Positions 38,706 to 47,330 of a stretch of DNA of 64,000 nucleotides are shown in pieces. Each line of letters begins with the position of its first letter. The stretch's first letter is position 1. Location of the stretch: assembly GCA_963769935.1 (NCBI GenBank), contig CAVYNY010000011.1, positions 288,001-352,000 of the forward strand, given 5' to 3'. This stretch comes from an uncultured delta proteobacterium. GTDB taxonomy: Bacteria; Desulfobacterota; Desulfobacteria; Desulfobacterales; JAFDCJ01. The notes beneath the pieces were generated by a model. The model did no database searches, was not told the origin of the DNA, and saw nothing but the letters and a program-made list of their open reading frames with translations. Both the position numbers and the translations under genes were made by a program.

Positions 38706-41700
38706 TTAGTGCTGAATTGTTTCGACCCTGTCCACCGTCAGGGTAATCGCCCCCCAGTCTTCCTCGACCTTGCCGGTGAGCAGGTAGGGCCGTGCACGGT
38801 CGAGCATGTGGCAGAAGCGGTGGTAGGTTTGGGGGAAAAAAGTGGTCTCCACGATGCCGGTTTCATCCTCGAAGGTTAAAAATTCCATGGGGTCGCCGTG
38901 CTTGGTGGTGACCACCTTGCCGGTGATCAGCCAGCCGGCCAGGCGCACGCGCCGGCCGAGATGACGCGGCAGATCGTCGGCTTTGACGGTGCGCAATTTT
39001 TGCCGAGCGGCGGCATACAGCTCCATGGGGTGCCGGTCGCATAAAAAGCCCAGGACGGCAAACTCGCGCCGCAGCCGATCGTGTTCATCTTCCGGCGGCA
39101 GGAGCGGGAGAAGGTCGGCTGGGGTCTGATCGGCAGCGCCGAACAGGGAGCGGGTTTGGGGAATGGATCCGGCTGATCTGGTTTTGAGCCAGCCGGCCAG
39201 CTGCCACATCAGTGCCGCCCGGTTGCCGCCGGGATTCAATCCATCCAGGGCGCCGCCGTGGATCAGCGCCCGGGCCTCGTCTTCCGCGGGCCGCACGCGG
39301 TCTAAAAAATCGCGCACGCTGTGATAAGGGTCCGGCCGGCGGCGGTCGACAAGGCACTGCTGCGTTTCGGCGGCAAGTCCTTTGATGGAGAGCAGCCCCA
39401 CGCGGACGGCATCCTCCCGGCCGGCCCAGCGAATCTCGCTAAGGTTGACGTCGGGCGGCAAAATTTTAAGGCCCAGGCGCCGGGCTTCGGAGACATAGGC
39501 GAAGGTGCTGTAAAAGCCGCCCTGGTTGCTGATGACCGCCGCCATGAATTCAGCCGGATGGTGGAGCTTGAGATAAGCCGCCTGAAAGGAGACCCGGGCA
39601 TAGGAGGCGCTGTGGGGTTTGCAAAAGGAATAGCCGCTGAAACTCATCATCATGTCCCAGATGGCGGCCACTTGACCATCCGATACTCCCTGGCCCCTGG
39701 CCCCGGCGTAAAAGCGGTTTTTAAAATCCTGCAGCTGGTGCTGCCGGTCTTTTTTGGACATGACCTTGCGCAGGGCATCGGCCTCGGCATGGGAAAAGCC
39801 GGCCAGGGCGACGGCAGCCCGGGACACGTCTTCCTGGTAGACCATGATGCCGAAGGTTTCGTTGAGCACCTCGGTCAACAGCGGATGAATCGGGTCCCAC
39901 TGGCCGCCGTGCAGGCGGCGGATGTATTCGCGAATGAAGTCATTGGCGGCCGGACGAATGATGCTGCTGTGGATCACCAGGTGTTCGAAATCCCCGACCT
40001 TTGATTTTTGCTGCAGCAGCCGCATGGCCGGACTTTCAATGTAAAAGCAGCCCATGGTGCGGCCCTGGGCCAATGACTGCTGGGTGGGCAAATCGTCCTC
40101 GGGTTCCCAGTGGAAATCATCAAATGCTTCCCCGTTGGTCCGCAGGTTGCCGACGGCATCCCGAATGACGCCCAGACTGCGGTTGCCCAGCAGATCGATC
40201 TTGACCAGGCCGGCATCTTCGACGGCGTCTTTTTCCCACTGGACGATGGGCACCCCTTTGGGAGCCCGCTGCAGCGGCACGTATTCGTCAATGGGGCGGG
40301 GGGTAAGGACCACGCCGCCGGGGTGGACGGACAGATAGCGGGGCGTGCCGATGATGCACTGGGCATAGGCCAGGATCTCCGGCCAGGGCGGCGGAAATTC
40401 AAGGGCCTTGGATTCCGGGCGCTTTTGCAGGCCGTCGAGCAGCTCGGATTCCGATTCCCCGGCGTGCCAGAAGCGCGGCAGGCGTTTGGTCACCCGTCCG
40501 ATTTCAGCATCCGTCAGACCGTATACTTTGGCCACTTCCCGGATGGCCATGCGCGGTTGAAACAGGACGTGATTGGCCACCATGGCCGCATGTCCCCGGT
40601 GCTGTTCGAGCACGGATTTGAGCACATCATCGCGTTCGTCCCAGGCAAAATCGACATCGATGTCGGGCGGATCCGTGCGGCCGGGATTCAAAAAGCGCTC
40701 GAAATACAGATTGTGTTTGAGGGGGCAGACATTGGTGATGCCCAGGCAGTATGCCACCAGCGAGGCGGCGCCCGAACCGCGGCCGCAGGTGCGCGGGCTG
40801 CGCCTGACAATGTCGCGCACGATCAGAAAATAGGCGGCAAAGCCCATGTCCGTGATGCTGCGCAGCTCATGCTCCAGTCTTTCGACCACCGCTTCAGACA
40901 GCTCCTGTCCGTAGCGCCGGCGGGCACCGGCATAAGCGGCGCGGCGCAGGCGGCGGGCCGGATTCCGGGCCTCTTCGTTTTTAAAGGGCGGCATGACGAT
41001 GCCGAACTGCGGTCCGCTGAACGTCAGACGTTCGGCAATTTCATGGGTGGCCCGCACGGCTTCCGGCAGGATGGCAAACCGGCGCTCATACTCGACGGGC
41101 GACGCCAGCCAGGCGTCGGCCGGGGCCAGATCGTCGGCCGCCAGTCGCGAAAGGCAGGTATTGCGGTCGATGGCCCGCAGCAGGCGGTGGACGGCCGCAT
41201 CCTGCGGCTGCAGGAAGAAACTGCCCGGTGTTGCCGCCAGCGGGATTCCCAGGTGTCTGGCCGTGCGGCACAGGGCCTGGCTGGGGGCCGGTGGCTTGCG
41301 CGGCAGGGCGGCGGCAACCGTCACCCCGGCCGCATGCCAGGTGCGCAGAAGATCGGCGCTTTGGGTCAGGACCACCAGACCGGTCGCATAATTCGGCAGG
41401 ACCGCCTGCAGATCAAACTCCGCATCCATGTGGCGGCGGGTGAGCAAACGGCAGAGGTTGCGGTAGCCGCCCTCGTCTTCCACCAGGCAGACGGCCCGTT
41501 GTTTGCGTATGGGATCGGTGACCTCCGCGCCGACCATCGGCGTCAGGCCTTCCTGTCGGCAGGTCCGCAAAAAAGGCCACAAACCGTAAAGATTGTCGGT
41601 ATCGGTCAATGCCAGACGGTCATAGCCCAGACGTTTGGCCGCCAGGCAAACCTGCTTGACATAGGCCGTGCCCCACATAAGGGAGTAGCTGGATCGGACG

Positions 41701-41714
41701 GTTAATGGAATCAT
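38706..41714 (-). CDS. dnaE2: Error-prone DNA polymerase III alpha subunit (DnaE2-type)
   Basis: Degenerate PHP domain, GRGSGAASLV, FERFLN, catalytic PPDIDVDF and KIDLLG, YSFCKPHS, C-terminal OB fold; lies in an operon with lexA and a Y-family gene. Confidence 0.9.
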   Translation of the reverse strand: MIPLTVRSSYSLMWGTAYVKQVCLAAKRLGYDRLALTDTDNLYGLWPFLRTCRQEGLTPMVGAEVTDPIRKQRAVCLVEDEGGYRNLCRLLTRRHMDAEFDLQAVLPNYATGLVVLTQSADLLRTWHAAGVTVAAALPRKPPAPSQALCRTARHLGIPLAATPGSFFLQPQDAAVHRLLRAIDRNTCLSRLAADDLAPADAWLASPVEYERRFAILPEAVRATHEIAERLTFSGPQFGIVMPPFKNEEARNPARRLRRAAYAGARRRYGQELSEAVVERLEHELRSITDMGFAAYFLIVRDIVRRSPRTCGRGSGAASLVAYCLGITNVCPLKHNLYFERFLNPGRTDPPDIDVDFAWDERDDVLKSVLEQHRGHAAMVANHVLFQPRMAIREVAKVYGLTDAEIGRVTKRLPRFWHAGESESELLDGLQKRPESKALEFPPPWPEILAYAQCIIGTPRYLSVHPGGVVLTPRPIDEYVPLQRAPKGVPIVQWEKDAVEDAGLVKIDLLGNRSLGVIRDAVGNLRTNGEAFDDFHWEPEDDLPTQQSLAQGRTMGCFYIESPAMRLLQQKSKVGDFEHLVIHSSIIRPAANDFIREYIRRLHGGQWDPIHPLLTEVLNETFGIMVYQEDVSRAAVALAGFSHAEADALRKVMSKKDRQHQLQDFKNRFYAGARGQGVSDGQVAAIWDMMMSFSGYSFCKPHSASYARVSFQAAYLKLHHPAEFMAAVISNQGGFYSTFAYVSEARRLGLKILPPDVNLSEIRWAGREDAVRVGLLSIKGLAAETQQCLVDRRRPDPYHSVRDFLDRVRPAEDEARALIHGGALDGLNPGGNRAALMWQLAGWLKTRSAGSIPQTRSLFGAADQTPADLLPLLPPEDEHDRLRREFAVLGFLCDRHPMELYAAARQKLRTVKADDLPRHLGRRVRLAGWLITGKVVTTKHGDPMEFLTFEDETGIVETTFFPQTYHRFCHMLDRARPYLLTGKVEEDWGAITLTVDRVETIQH

Positions 41715-41721
41715 AGTTCAA

Positions 41722-41868
41722 GTTGGCCCGTTGAGCCCGTTGGCCCGTTGAGCCCGTTGGCCCGTTGAGCCCGTTGAGCCCGTTGAGCCCGTTGGCCCGT
41801 TGAGCCCGTTGAGCCCGTTGGCCCGTTGAGCCCGTTGGCCCGTTGAGCCCGTTGAGCCCGTTGAGCCG
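41722..41868 (+). repeat. Tandem array of 17 units GTTGGCCC / GTTGAGCCC
   Basis: Read directly: A B A B A B B B A B B A B A B B B' (A = 8 bp, B = 9 bp). Confidence 0.97.
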
Positions 41869-41869
41869 G

Positions 41870-42154
41870 CTAACTGGTTTCGTGTTTTTTTAAATACCGA
41901 ATTAAGCCGTCAATTATCTTACGAACTTTTGCGCAGTGATCATAGGTGTTTTGAAATTCAGTCTCTGAAATATAGTTTTGATCTAAGGCGACGTACAAGC
42001 AATTCTGCACCTCGGAACAAGATCGTCTCGAATAGGTTAAAAATCGGATGAACTCTTTGTTCGACTTCGAATCAAATCCTTCGCAGATGTTATTCATTAC
42101 GGAAATAGCGGCGCCGGTTATTTGCCCAGATAGTCTAAAATCATTCGAGAAAGC
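41870..42154 (-). pseudogene. Four-helix-bundle protein (23S rRNA IVP/TIGR02436-like), 5'-truncated
   Basis: AFSNDFRLSGQITGAAISVMNNICEGF...EFIRFLTYSRRSCSEVQNCLYVALDQNYI; the usual first helix is missing. Confidence 0.82.
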
Positions 42155-42193
42155 GGGCCAACCGGCAACGGGCCAACCGGCGAACCAGATTCC

Positions 42194-43372
42194 TTATGCC
42201 GCTAAAGATCGACCGAATCGTACGGCCTCGTTGCCGAACCGCTGTCGGATGCGGTCGATGACGCTGATGAGATTGTCGCGTTTTTCGTTTTGCTTTTGCT
42301 CGACGGCAAACAGCTCCAGCTGGGCCGGCGGAAATGTCAGCCGGTCGCAGATCAGACGCACATGCCGGATGCGGATCCGCCGGGTCCAGGCCAGGCGCAG
42401 GGTGCGCCGGGCCAGTTCGAAAAGTATGAGATCGTTGGCGGTGGCCGGTTTGGCTGCCAGCTGGCGGGCACAGCGCATGCCGTCCGAATAGTCAAGGATG
42501 ACGGCAACCCGGCGGGCGGCGTGCCGCCGCCGGCGCAGCCTGTCACCGGCCTGTTCGACCAGGCCGTACAGGGTGCTTTCCAGAGTGGATTTGTCATTGG
42601 TGTCATTACCGAATTCATGGTCGACCATTATCTTCGGCGGTTTTTGCCCGGCCGGCAGGACGGGAGAAGGATCAATGCCGCGGGCGGCTTCGTATAGAAG
42701 CAGGGCGCGGGCGCCGAAGGGAATCTGCAGCTGCTCCAGACTCAGGGCGGTCAGATGCGACACCCGGCTGAGATTAAATTCCTGCAGCCGCAGCAGATCG
42801 TCGCGTTCGATGCCCGGGACCAGGCCGATCGGCAGCGGCGCCAGAAGCGCTTCTTCTTCGCCGGCACCGACGATGTACTCCCCGTCGGGCTTTACCAGGC
42901 GGGTGGCCACCTTGGCCGTCAGTTTGTTGGGGGCCACCGACCAGATGGGATCCAGGCCGAGATCTTCTTTAACCTGCCGGCGCAACCGCCAGGCGACATC
43001 AATGGGGGGGCCGAAAAGGCGGGCGGTGCCGGTGACATCCAGAAACAGGTGCCCGTCGACTTCCCCGGTTTCAATGAGCGGTGAATACGGCAGCGTCTGC
43101 TTGAGCAGGGTCCGCATGGCGTGCTCGTAGCGGTCCGGGTGGGGCGGCAGGATCCGGACGTCCCGGCACAGGCGCACGGCCCGGCGCAGCGGCATGCCCT
43201 TGCGGATGCCGGTTCGATAGGCTTCTTCGCTCATATCGTAAACGGCGGCCCGGGCCGCTCCCTCGGGGGCGATGATCACCGGCCGCGCTTTGAGCCGGCA
43301 ATCCACGGCCCGCTCCACCGCCACGGCAAAGTCGGCGACATTCAAATGGATAATTGATCGCTCCATGGACAA
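42194..43372 (-). CDS. Catalytically degenerate Y-family polymerase (ImuB-like)
   Basis: HLNVADF in place of HvDmDaF and EVDGHLFLD in place of SIDEayLD; PNKLTAKVA; clamp motif QLELF; C-terminal IDRIRQRFG. Confidence 0.85.
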   Translation of the reverse strand: MSMERSIIHLNVADFAVAVERAVDCRLKARPVIIAPEGAARAAVYDMSEEAYRTGIRKGMPLRRAVRLCRDVRILPPHPDRYEHAMRTLLKQTLPYSPLIETGEVDGHLFLDVTGTARLFGPPIDVAWRLRRQVKEDLGLDPIWSVAPNKLTAKVATRLVKPDGEYIVGAGEEEALLAPLPIGLVPGIERDDLLRLQEFNLSRVSHLTALSLEQLQIPFGARALLLYEAARGIDPSPVLPAGQKPPKIMVDHEFGNDTNDKSTLESTLYGLVEQAGDRLRRRRHAARRVAVILDYSDGMRCARQLAAKPATANDLILFELARRTLRLAWTRRIRIRHVRLICDRLTFPPAQLELFAVEQKQNEKRDNLISVIDRIRQRFGNEAVRFGRSLAA

Positions 43373-43403
43373 TTCTCTAAGTCATCAAGTCAAGCAGAAT
43401 AAG

Positions 43404-43554
43404 GAATGGATTCTATTTTAATTTTTTAATTGGACAGGATTTACAGGATTGTCTGGATTCTGTTTTGGCATTCCCGGTTTCCGGAGGAAACCGTAAAAAA
43501 ATCCTGCTCATCCTGTTGATCCTGTCGGACAAAAAAAATAAAAAGAATCCATTC
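43404..43554. repeat. MITE-like palindromic element (family C)
   Basis: Perfect 11-bp terminal inverted repeat GAATGGATTCT/AGAATCCATTC with internal ACAGGAT/ATCCTG repeats; partial copies near 18472 and 29028. Confidence 0.7.
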
Positions 43555-44401
43555 ATCTTTCCTCTTCAGACACTTCCATTAGTCCTCTTTCTGTCAGCAA
43601 GTTAATCAGCTGCACCGCATTCCTGGGCGCCTGGGCGCGGACGTGGTTGTTGAAGAAAATGAGGCCGCGGTTTGCGTGCCGGGCCATTTTCGTGATCCGG
43701 CCATCCGCCCACTCCCGCAGCTCAGCATCCCCGTAGTCATAGTCGAATTGCTGCTGCATGTTGCCCGAGCGCCAGCCCTTGGCGTTGCGGCCGTGAAAGC
43801 GGATGTAGAAAAGATCGGGGTTGGTGACGATATCGAGCGGAGGGAAAAGTCCCGGTAAATTCGGTTCATCCACTGCTACCAAGGTAGTGCGGCGGCGCTC
43901 CAGTTCGGCAAAGACCCGGTCCGTGGCCCAGGAGGCGTGACGAAACTCCACCGCCAGGGGCAAACCGTCCAACTCGTCCAGCAGGGCGGCCAGATATTGA
44001 CGGTTTTGAGGGGCGCGCCCAAAGGAGGGAGGGAATTGCAGCAAAACGGCCGCCAGTTTTCGGGCCTGCAAAAGCGGAGCGATGCCGTCCCGGTACTGGG
44101 CGGCCTGTCCCCGCCATTGACCGGGATCGATTTCGTGGGTTAATGTGCGGGTCAGTTTGGCGGCAAAGCGAAAACCGGCCGGCGCCTGTTGCTGCATTCG
44201 TTCGAGCGCACTCGCTTTGGGCATTTGATACCAGGTGAAGTTCAACTCGGTGACTGGAAAATTCTGGGCGTAACAGGACAGCATGTTGCCCGATTTTGTC
44301 CCCGGTGGATAAAACCCGGCATCGGTCCATTCCGCATACGAATAGCCGCTCGTGCCGACCCAAAGTTTACAACCACGTATTGGTTCTTTTTTGTTGTCCA
44401 T
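43553..44401 (-). CDS. DUF72 (YecE-like TIM-barrel) protein
   Basis: VGTSGYSY, ELN.TWY, LLQFPPSF, VEFRH.SW, YIRFHGRN and FFNNH..AQAP.NA motifs. Confidence 0.92.
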   Translation of the reverse strand: MDNKKEPIRGCKLWVGTSGYSYAEWTDAGFYPPGTKSGNMLSCYAQNFPVTELNFTWYQMPKASALERMQQQAPAGFRFAAKLTRTLTHEIDPGQWRGQAAQYRDGIAPLLQARKLAAVLLQFPPSFGRAPQNRQYLAALLDELDGLPLAVEFRHASWATDRVFAELERRRTTLVAVDEPNLPGLFPPLDIVTNPDLFYIRFHGRNAKGWRSGNMQQQFDYDYGDAELREWADGRITKMARHANRGLIFFNNHVRAQAPRNAVQLINLLTERGLMEVSEEER

Positions 44402-44436
44402 TGACGTGCTTCAATTTCCGAGATGAACACATAAAA

Positions 44437-44520
44437 AGCTGATAGCTCATAGTCCCGCCGCGGCGAGACTGGTAGTCGAATGATCAATTCCTTTTTGCTA
44501 TGAGCCATGAGCTATGAGCT
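44437..44520. repeat. Inverted heptamer arrays (AGCTCAT / ATGAGCT)
   Basis: AGCTGATAGCTCATAG ... CTATGAGCCATGAGCTATGAGCT. Confidence 0.6.
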
Positions 44521-45151
44521 ATTTTATCCCCTCCGGTCCGCGCTGGATGCCGATGACCTTGCCCTGGATCAATACTTCGCTGAAGCCGTAGCGCATGGGG
44601 TTATATGCGGCATTTTCCGGACGCAGTTCGATGTATTTTTTGCGCAGAAAAAACCGTTTGACGGTGGCTTCCTCTTCGTTGATAAGGGCCACCACAATTT
44701 CACCGTTCCGGGCGTACTGCCGGGGTTCGCAAATCGCCAGATCACCGGTCAGGATCCCGGCATCCTTCATTGAATCGCCCTTGATCTGCAACGCAAAGAG
44801 GTTCTGGCCGCGATAGACGGCGGCGTCCAGCACCGTGCTGCCGTCCCATTCCGTCTGGGCGTACATCGGTAACCCGGCCATAACGCGACCGATGATGGGG
44901 ATCTCCCGCCAACGCTGGGAGGCCGAGGTCTCGCGGGCTCGGTTCAAAAGATAGACGGTACGGCTGTAGCGTCCCTCCCGTTTCAGGTAGCCTTTCTCTT
45001 CCAGCGCCCGAATGATTTGAGCGATGGCGGCGTGGCTGACCCCGATATCTGCAGCCGCCTGGCGCAGGCTGGGAGCCTGTCCGCTGTTTGCGATTTCATG
45101 CTGCAGATAATCTAAAACATGCTTTTGTCTCTCGGTCAGGGCTGATTGCAT
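44519..45151 (-). CDS. lexA: SOS repressor LexA
   Basis: LTERQ...PSLRQ...LEEKGYL wHTH, Ala-Gly cleavage site (GRVMAGLP), catalytic GDSM and TVKR; GGAGG RBS. Confidence 0.95.
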   Translation of the reverse strand: MQSALTERQKHVLDYLQHEIANSGQAPSLRQAAADIGVSHAAIAQIIRALEEKGYLKREGRYSRTVYLLNRARETSASQRWREIPIIGRVMAGLPMYAQTEWDGSTVLDAAVYRGQNLFALQIKGDSMKDAGILTGDLAICEPRQYARNGEIVVALINEEEATVKRFFLRKKYIELRPENAAYNPMRYGFSEVLIQGKVIGIQRGPEGIK

Positions 45152-45287
45152 GAAAACCTCCTTTTGATTGCGGATTTCAGATTTCGGAATGCGGATTCAT
45201 AAAAAGGATAAATGCAATTTTAATTTTTCGATTCCTTCCGCCGAAATACGAGGCGGTCCGGATTCCTGAATTGTTTCCTCTGCCGCC

Positions 45288-45333
45288 AATATAAACGCTC
45301 AATATGTAAATGTCAATGTAAAATTTAATGTAA
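45288..45333 (-). promoter_or_regulatory. Sigma70 promoter of the lexA cassette with overlapping TTACAT direct repeats
   Basis: TTGACA (45311-45316), 17 nt, TATATT (45288-45293) on the minus strand; ATGTAA on the plus strand at 45304, 45316 and 45328. Confidence 0.75.
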
Positions 45334-45379
45334 GGTTTGTATGGGGATGTAAAGGCTTGTGGGTTTGGGGATATCGGGG

Positions 45380-47068
45380 TTAAATCTGCATCTTAGACAG
45401 CCGGTTTTTACCGAACCGCATGGGCAGGATAATGGCCAGGATGCTGAGCATGAAGGCGGCACTGAAGGATCCGCTAATCCACAGCCAGTTTGCCGGGGAA
45501 AGGGTTCGGCCGTGGATATGCGCCATGAAAATATGGTAAACCGGACCGGCTTCTATGAGAATGACGGCACCGATGTAGCCGGCGCACACGATCATGAAGA
45601 TCAGGCCGCCGAAACTGGTCACCGTCTGGGTCGGGTTTTCCGCTTTAAAATCCGGATAGCCCGCACCCAACCCGATACCCATGGCAACAATTCCCGGGAC
45701 GACAAAAAAAACGGTGATGATGGAAAGCACCATCATAAAGGGCGTGACGCTAAGCAGGATGTTGGTGGCGACGATCAGGATTTCCGTAAGTAAAAGCAGC
45801 GGCAAATAGTAGATAAAAAATTTTATCCACAAAAAGGTTTGCAGTGACAGCGGAGATGTCCTGACCAGCCAGAAAGCTTCCCTTTCCATACTGACGGCCG
45901 GATAGGCAAAACGGGCGGATATGGCCGTGAGGACAAAAAGTGCCAGTCCCATATTCAGAAAAGAGAACAGGTTCTGCAGATAGACGGTTTTGATCGGTGA
46001 CTTTTCTATCGGAAGCACTTTGAAATTGTAAACGTATATGACCACCAGAGCAGCGATCAGAAAAAGCTGGGACCATTGGGTCTGATCGCGCAGAAATGTT
46101 TTAATTTCTTTGACGGCAAAGGATTTTACGGGTCCCGGCAGAAAATTGAGGTACTGCCGGCCGGGGTCTCTTTTTTTGAACAGCCTGGCTGCGGCCGTCT
46201 GGGTTTTGGAAAATCCTTTAAAGTAAATTGAATCGGCAACCATGATCAGGAAAAACACAATGGTACCGGCAAAGCTCCAGGCGAGTCCTGTATGCAGCAA
46301 ACCGCGGCCCAACTCTCCTGAAAGACCTGCCCGGATGCTGTCATAGGCCCATGTGCTGGGCAGAATCGGGGATAAAGGGGTTTGCAGGGAGGTGATGTAA
46401 ACCATGACGGTGTCAAATACTTCCGGATCCACCAGCAGCTCCGGCCGTGACAGACGGATGGCCAGATAAATCACGACAAAAAACAGGATACCCAAAAAAA
46501 TGAAAATACTTTTCAGGCGATTGGCAGGAATGACGATAACGGCCAGCATTACCAAAATCGTGCTGACAGCTGACGCATTAATGACAAGCGGCGCCAGAAC
46601 CAACAGGATGTTGGCATAATAAAAGACGCCGGCTCGATAGACGATTCCATAAGACAAAAAGATCGGCAGGGTAAAAATGACAACCATCCAGGCACTTTCA
46701 ACCGTACTGTCCAGCCAGCGTGCAATAAAAATTTTGTAGCTTGCAACCGGCATCGAGTGGACCAGTACCAGGTCCCGGGACAGGTAAAGCCGTGACAGCG
46801 ATGTCAGGATGCTGCTGAAAATTAAAAGGGCATATGCAATAATCAGAATCATTGACAACAGTTTGTAACCGAGAATGTCTCCGATTTCTTCAATGCCTTT
46901 AAAGTATGTCAGAACCCGTACCGCAACGACAAATATCGCGCTCCAGAAGAGCATACCAATAACAGCGAGAAAGCACAGCTTCAGGATTTCGCCGCTCTTG
47001 CCGATGCGGACGCTGCGGTTCATTAAAGGCCAGATTCTGGGTTTTAGCAATGTGAGGATGTCGTTCAT
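45380..47068 (-). CDS. Putative ABC exporter permease
   Basis: Polytopic membrane protein with LY.SRDL..VHSMPV, KEIKTFLRD..QW and SMEREAFWL; follows an ABC ATPase. Confidence 0.85.
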   Translation of the reverse strand: MNDILTLLKPRIWPLMNRSVRIGKSGEILKLCFLAVIGMLFWSAIFVVAVRVLTYFKGIEEIGDILGYKLLSMILIIAYALLIFSSILTSLSRLYLSRDLVLVHSMPVASYKIFIARWLDSTVESAWMVVIFTLPIFLSYGIVYRAGVFYYANILLVLAPLVINASAVSTILVMLAVIVIPANRLKSIFIFLGILFFVVIYLAIRLSRPELLVDPEVFDTVMVYITSLQTPLSPILPSTWAYDSIRAGLSGELGRGLLHTGLAWSFAGTIVFFLIMVADSIYFKGFSKTQTAAARLFKKRDPGRQYLNFLPGPVKSFAVKEIKTFLRDQTQWSQLFLIAALVVIYVYNFKVLPIEKSPIKTVYLQNLFSFLNMGLALFVLTAISARFAYPAVSMEREAFWLVRTSPLSLQTFLWIKFFIYYLPLLLLTEILIVATNILLSVTPFMMVLSIITVFFVVPGIVAMGIGLGAGYPDFKAENPTQTVTSFGGLIFMIVCAGYIGAVILIEAGPVYHIFMAHIHGRTLSPANWLWISGSFSAAFMLSILAIILPMRFGKNRLSKMQI

Positions 47069-47070
47069 TG

Positions 47071-47330
47071 CACGGGTTGCGCGTTACGGGTTGCGGGTTA
47101 CGGGTTGCGTGTTGCGTGTTAGGAGTTTCGAGTTACGGATCGCGGGGAGTAAGTCGCCGGCCTTCTTTACGCTGTGCGCTATGCTCTCGGCGCTGTCCGT
47201 TACCCTGCTGCATTCCTCCTTGCCACTCACAACTTTCAGCATTCCCATTTTTCTCCTGACACCTGAAACGCTTGTTATCTGCCATATGCCCTCTGCCTTC
47301 TGACTTCTGTTCTCTGTCGTCTGTTTTCTG
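47071..47330. repeat. Cluster of degenerate heptamer tandem arrays
   Basis: CGGGTTG/CGCGTTA units at 47071-47140 and TCTG-based units at about 47278-47330. Confidence 0.6.

Noticed and set aside
41722..41868. Possible CRISPR array
   Set aside because: Units are 8-9 bp with no spacers, and no cas genes are present; it is a microsatellite.
38706..42154. Diversity-generating retroelement suggested by the Avd-like protein
   Set aside because: No reverse transcriptase and no template/variable repeat pair with adenine-specific mismatches were seen.
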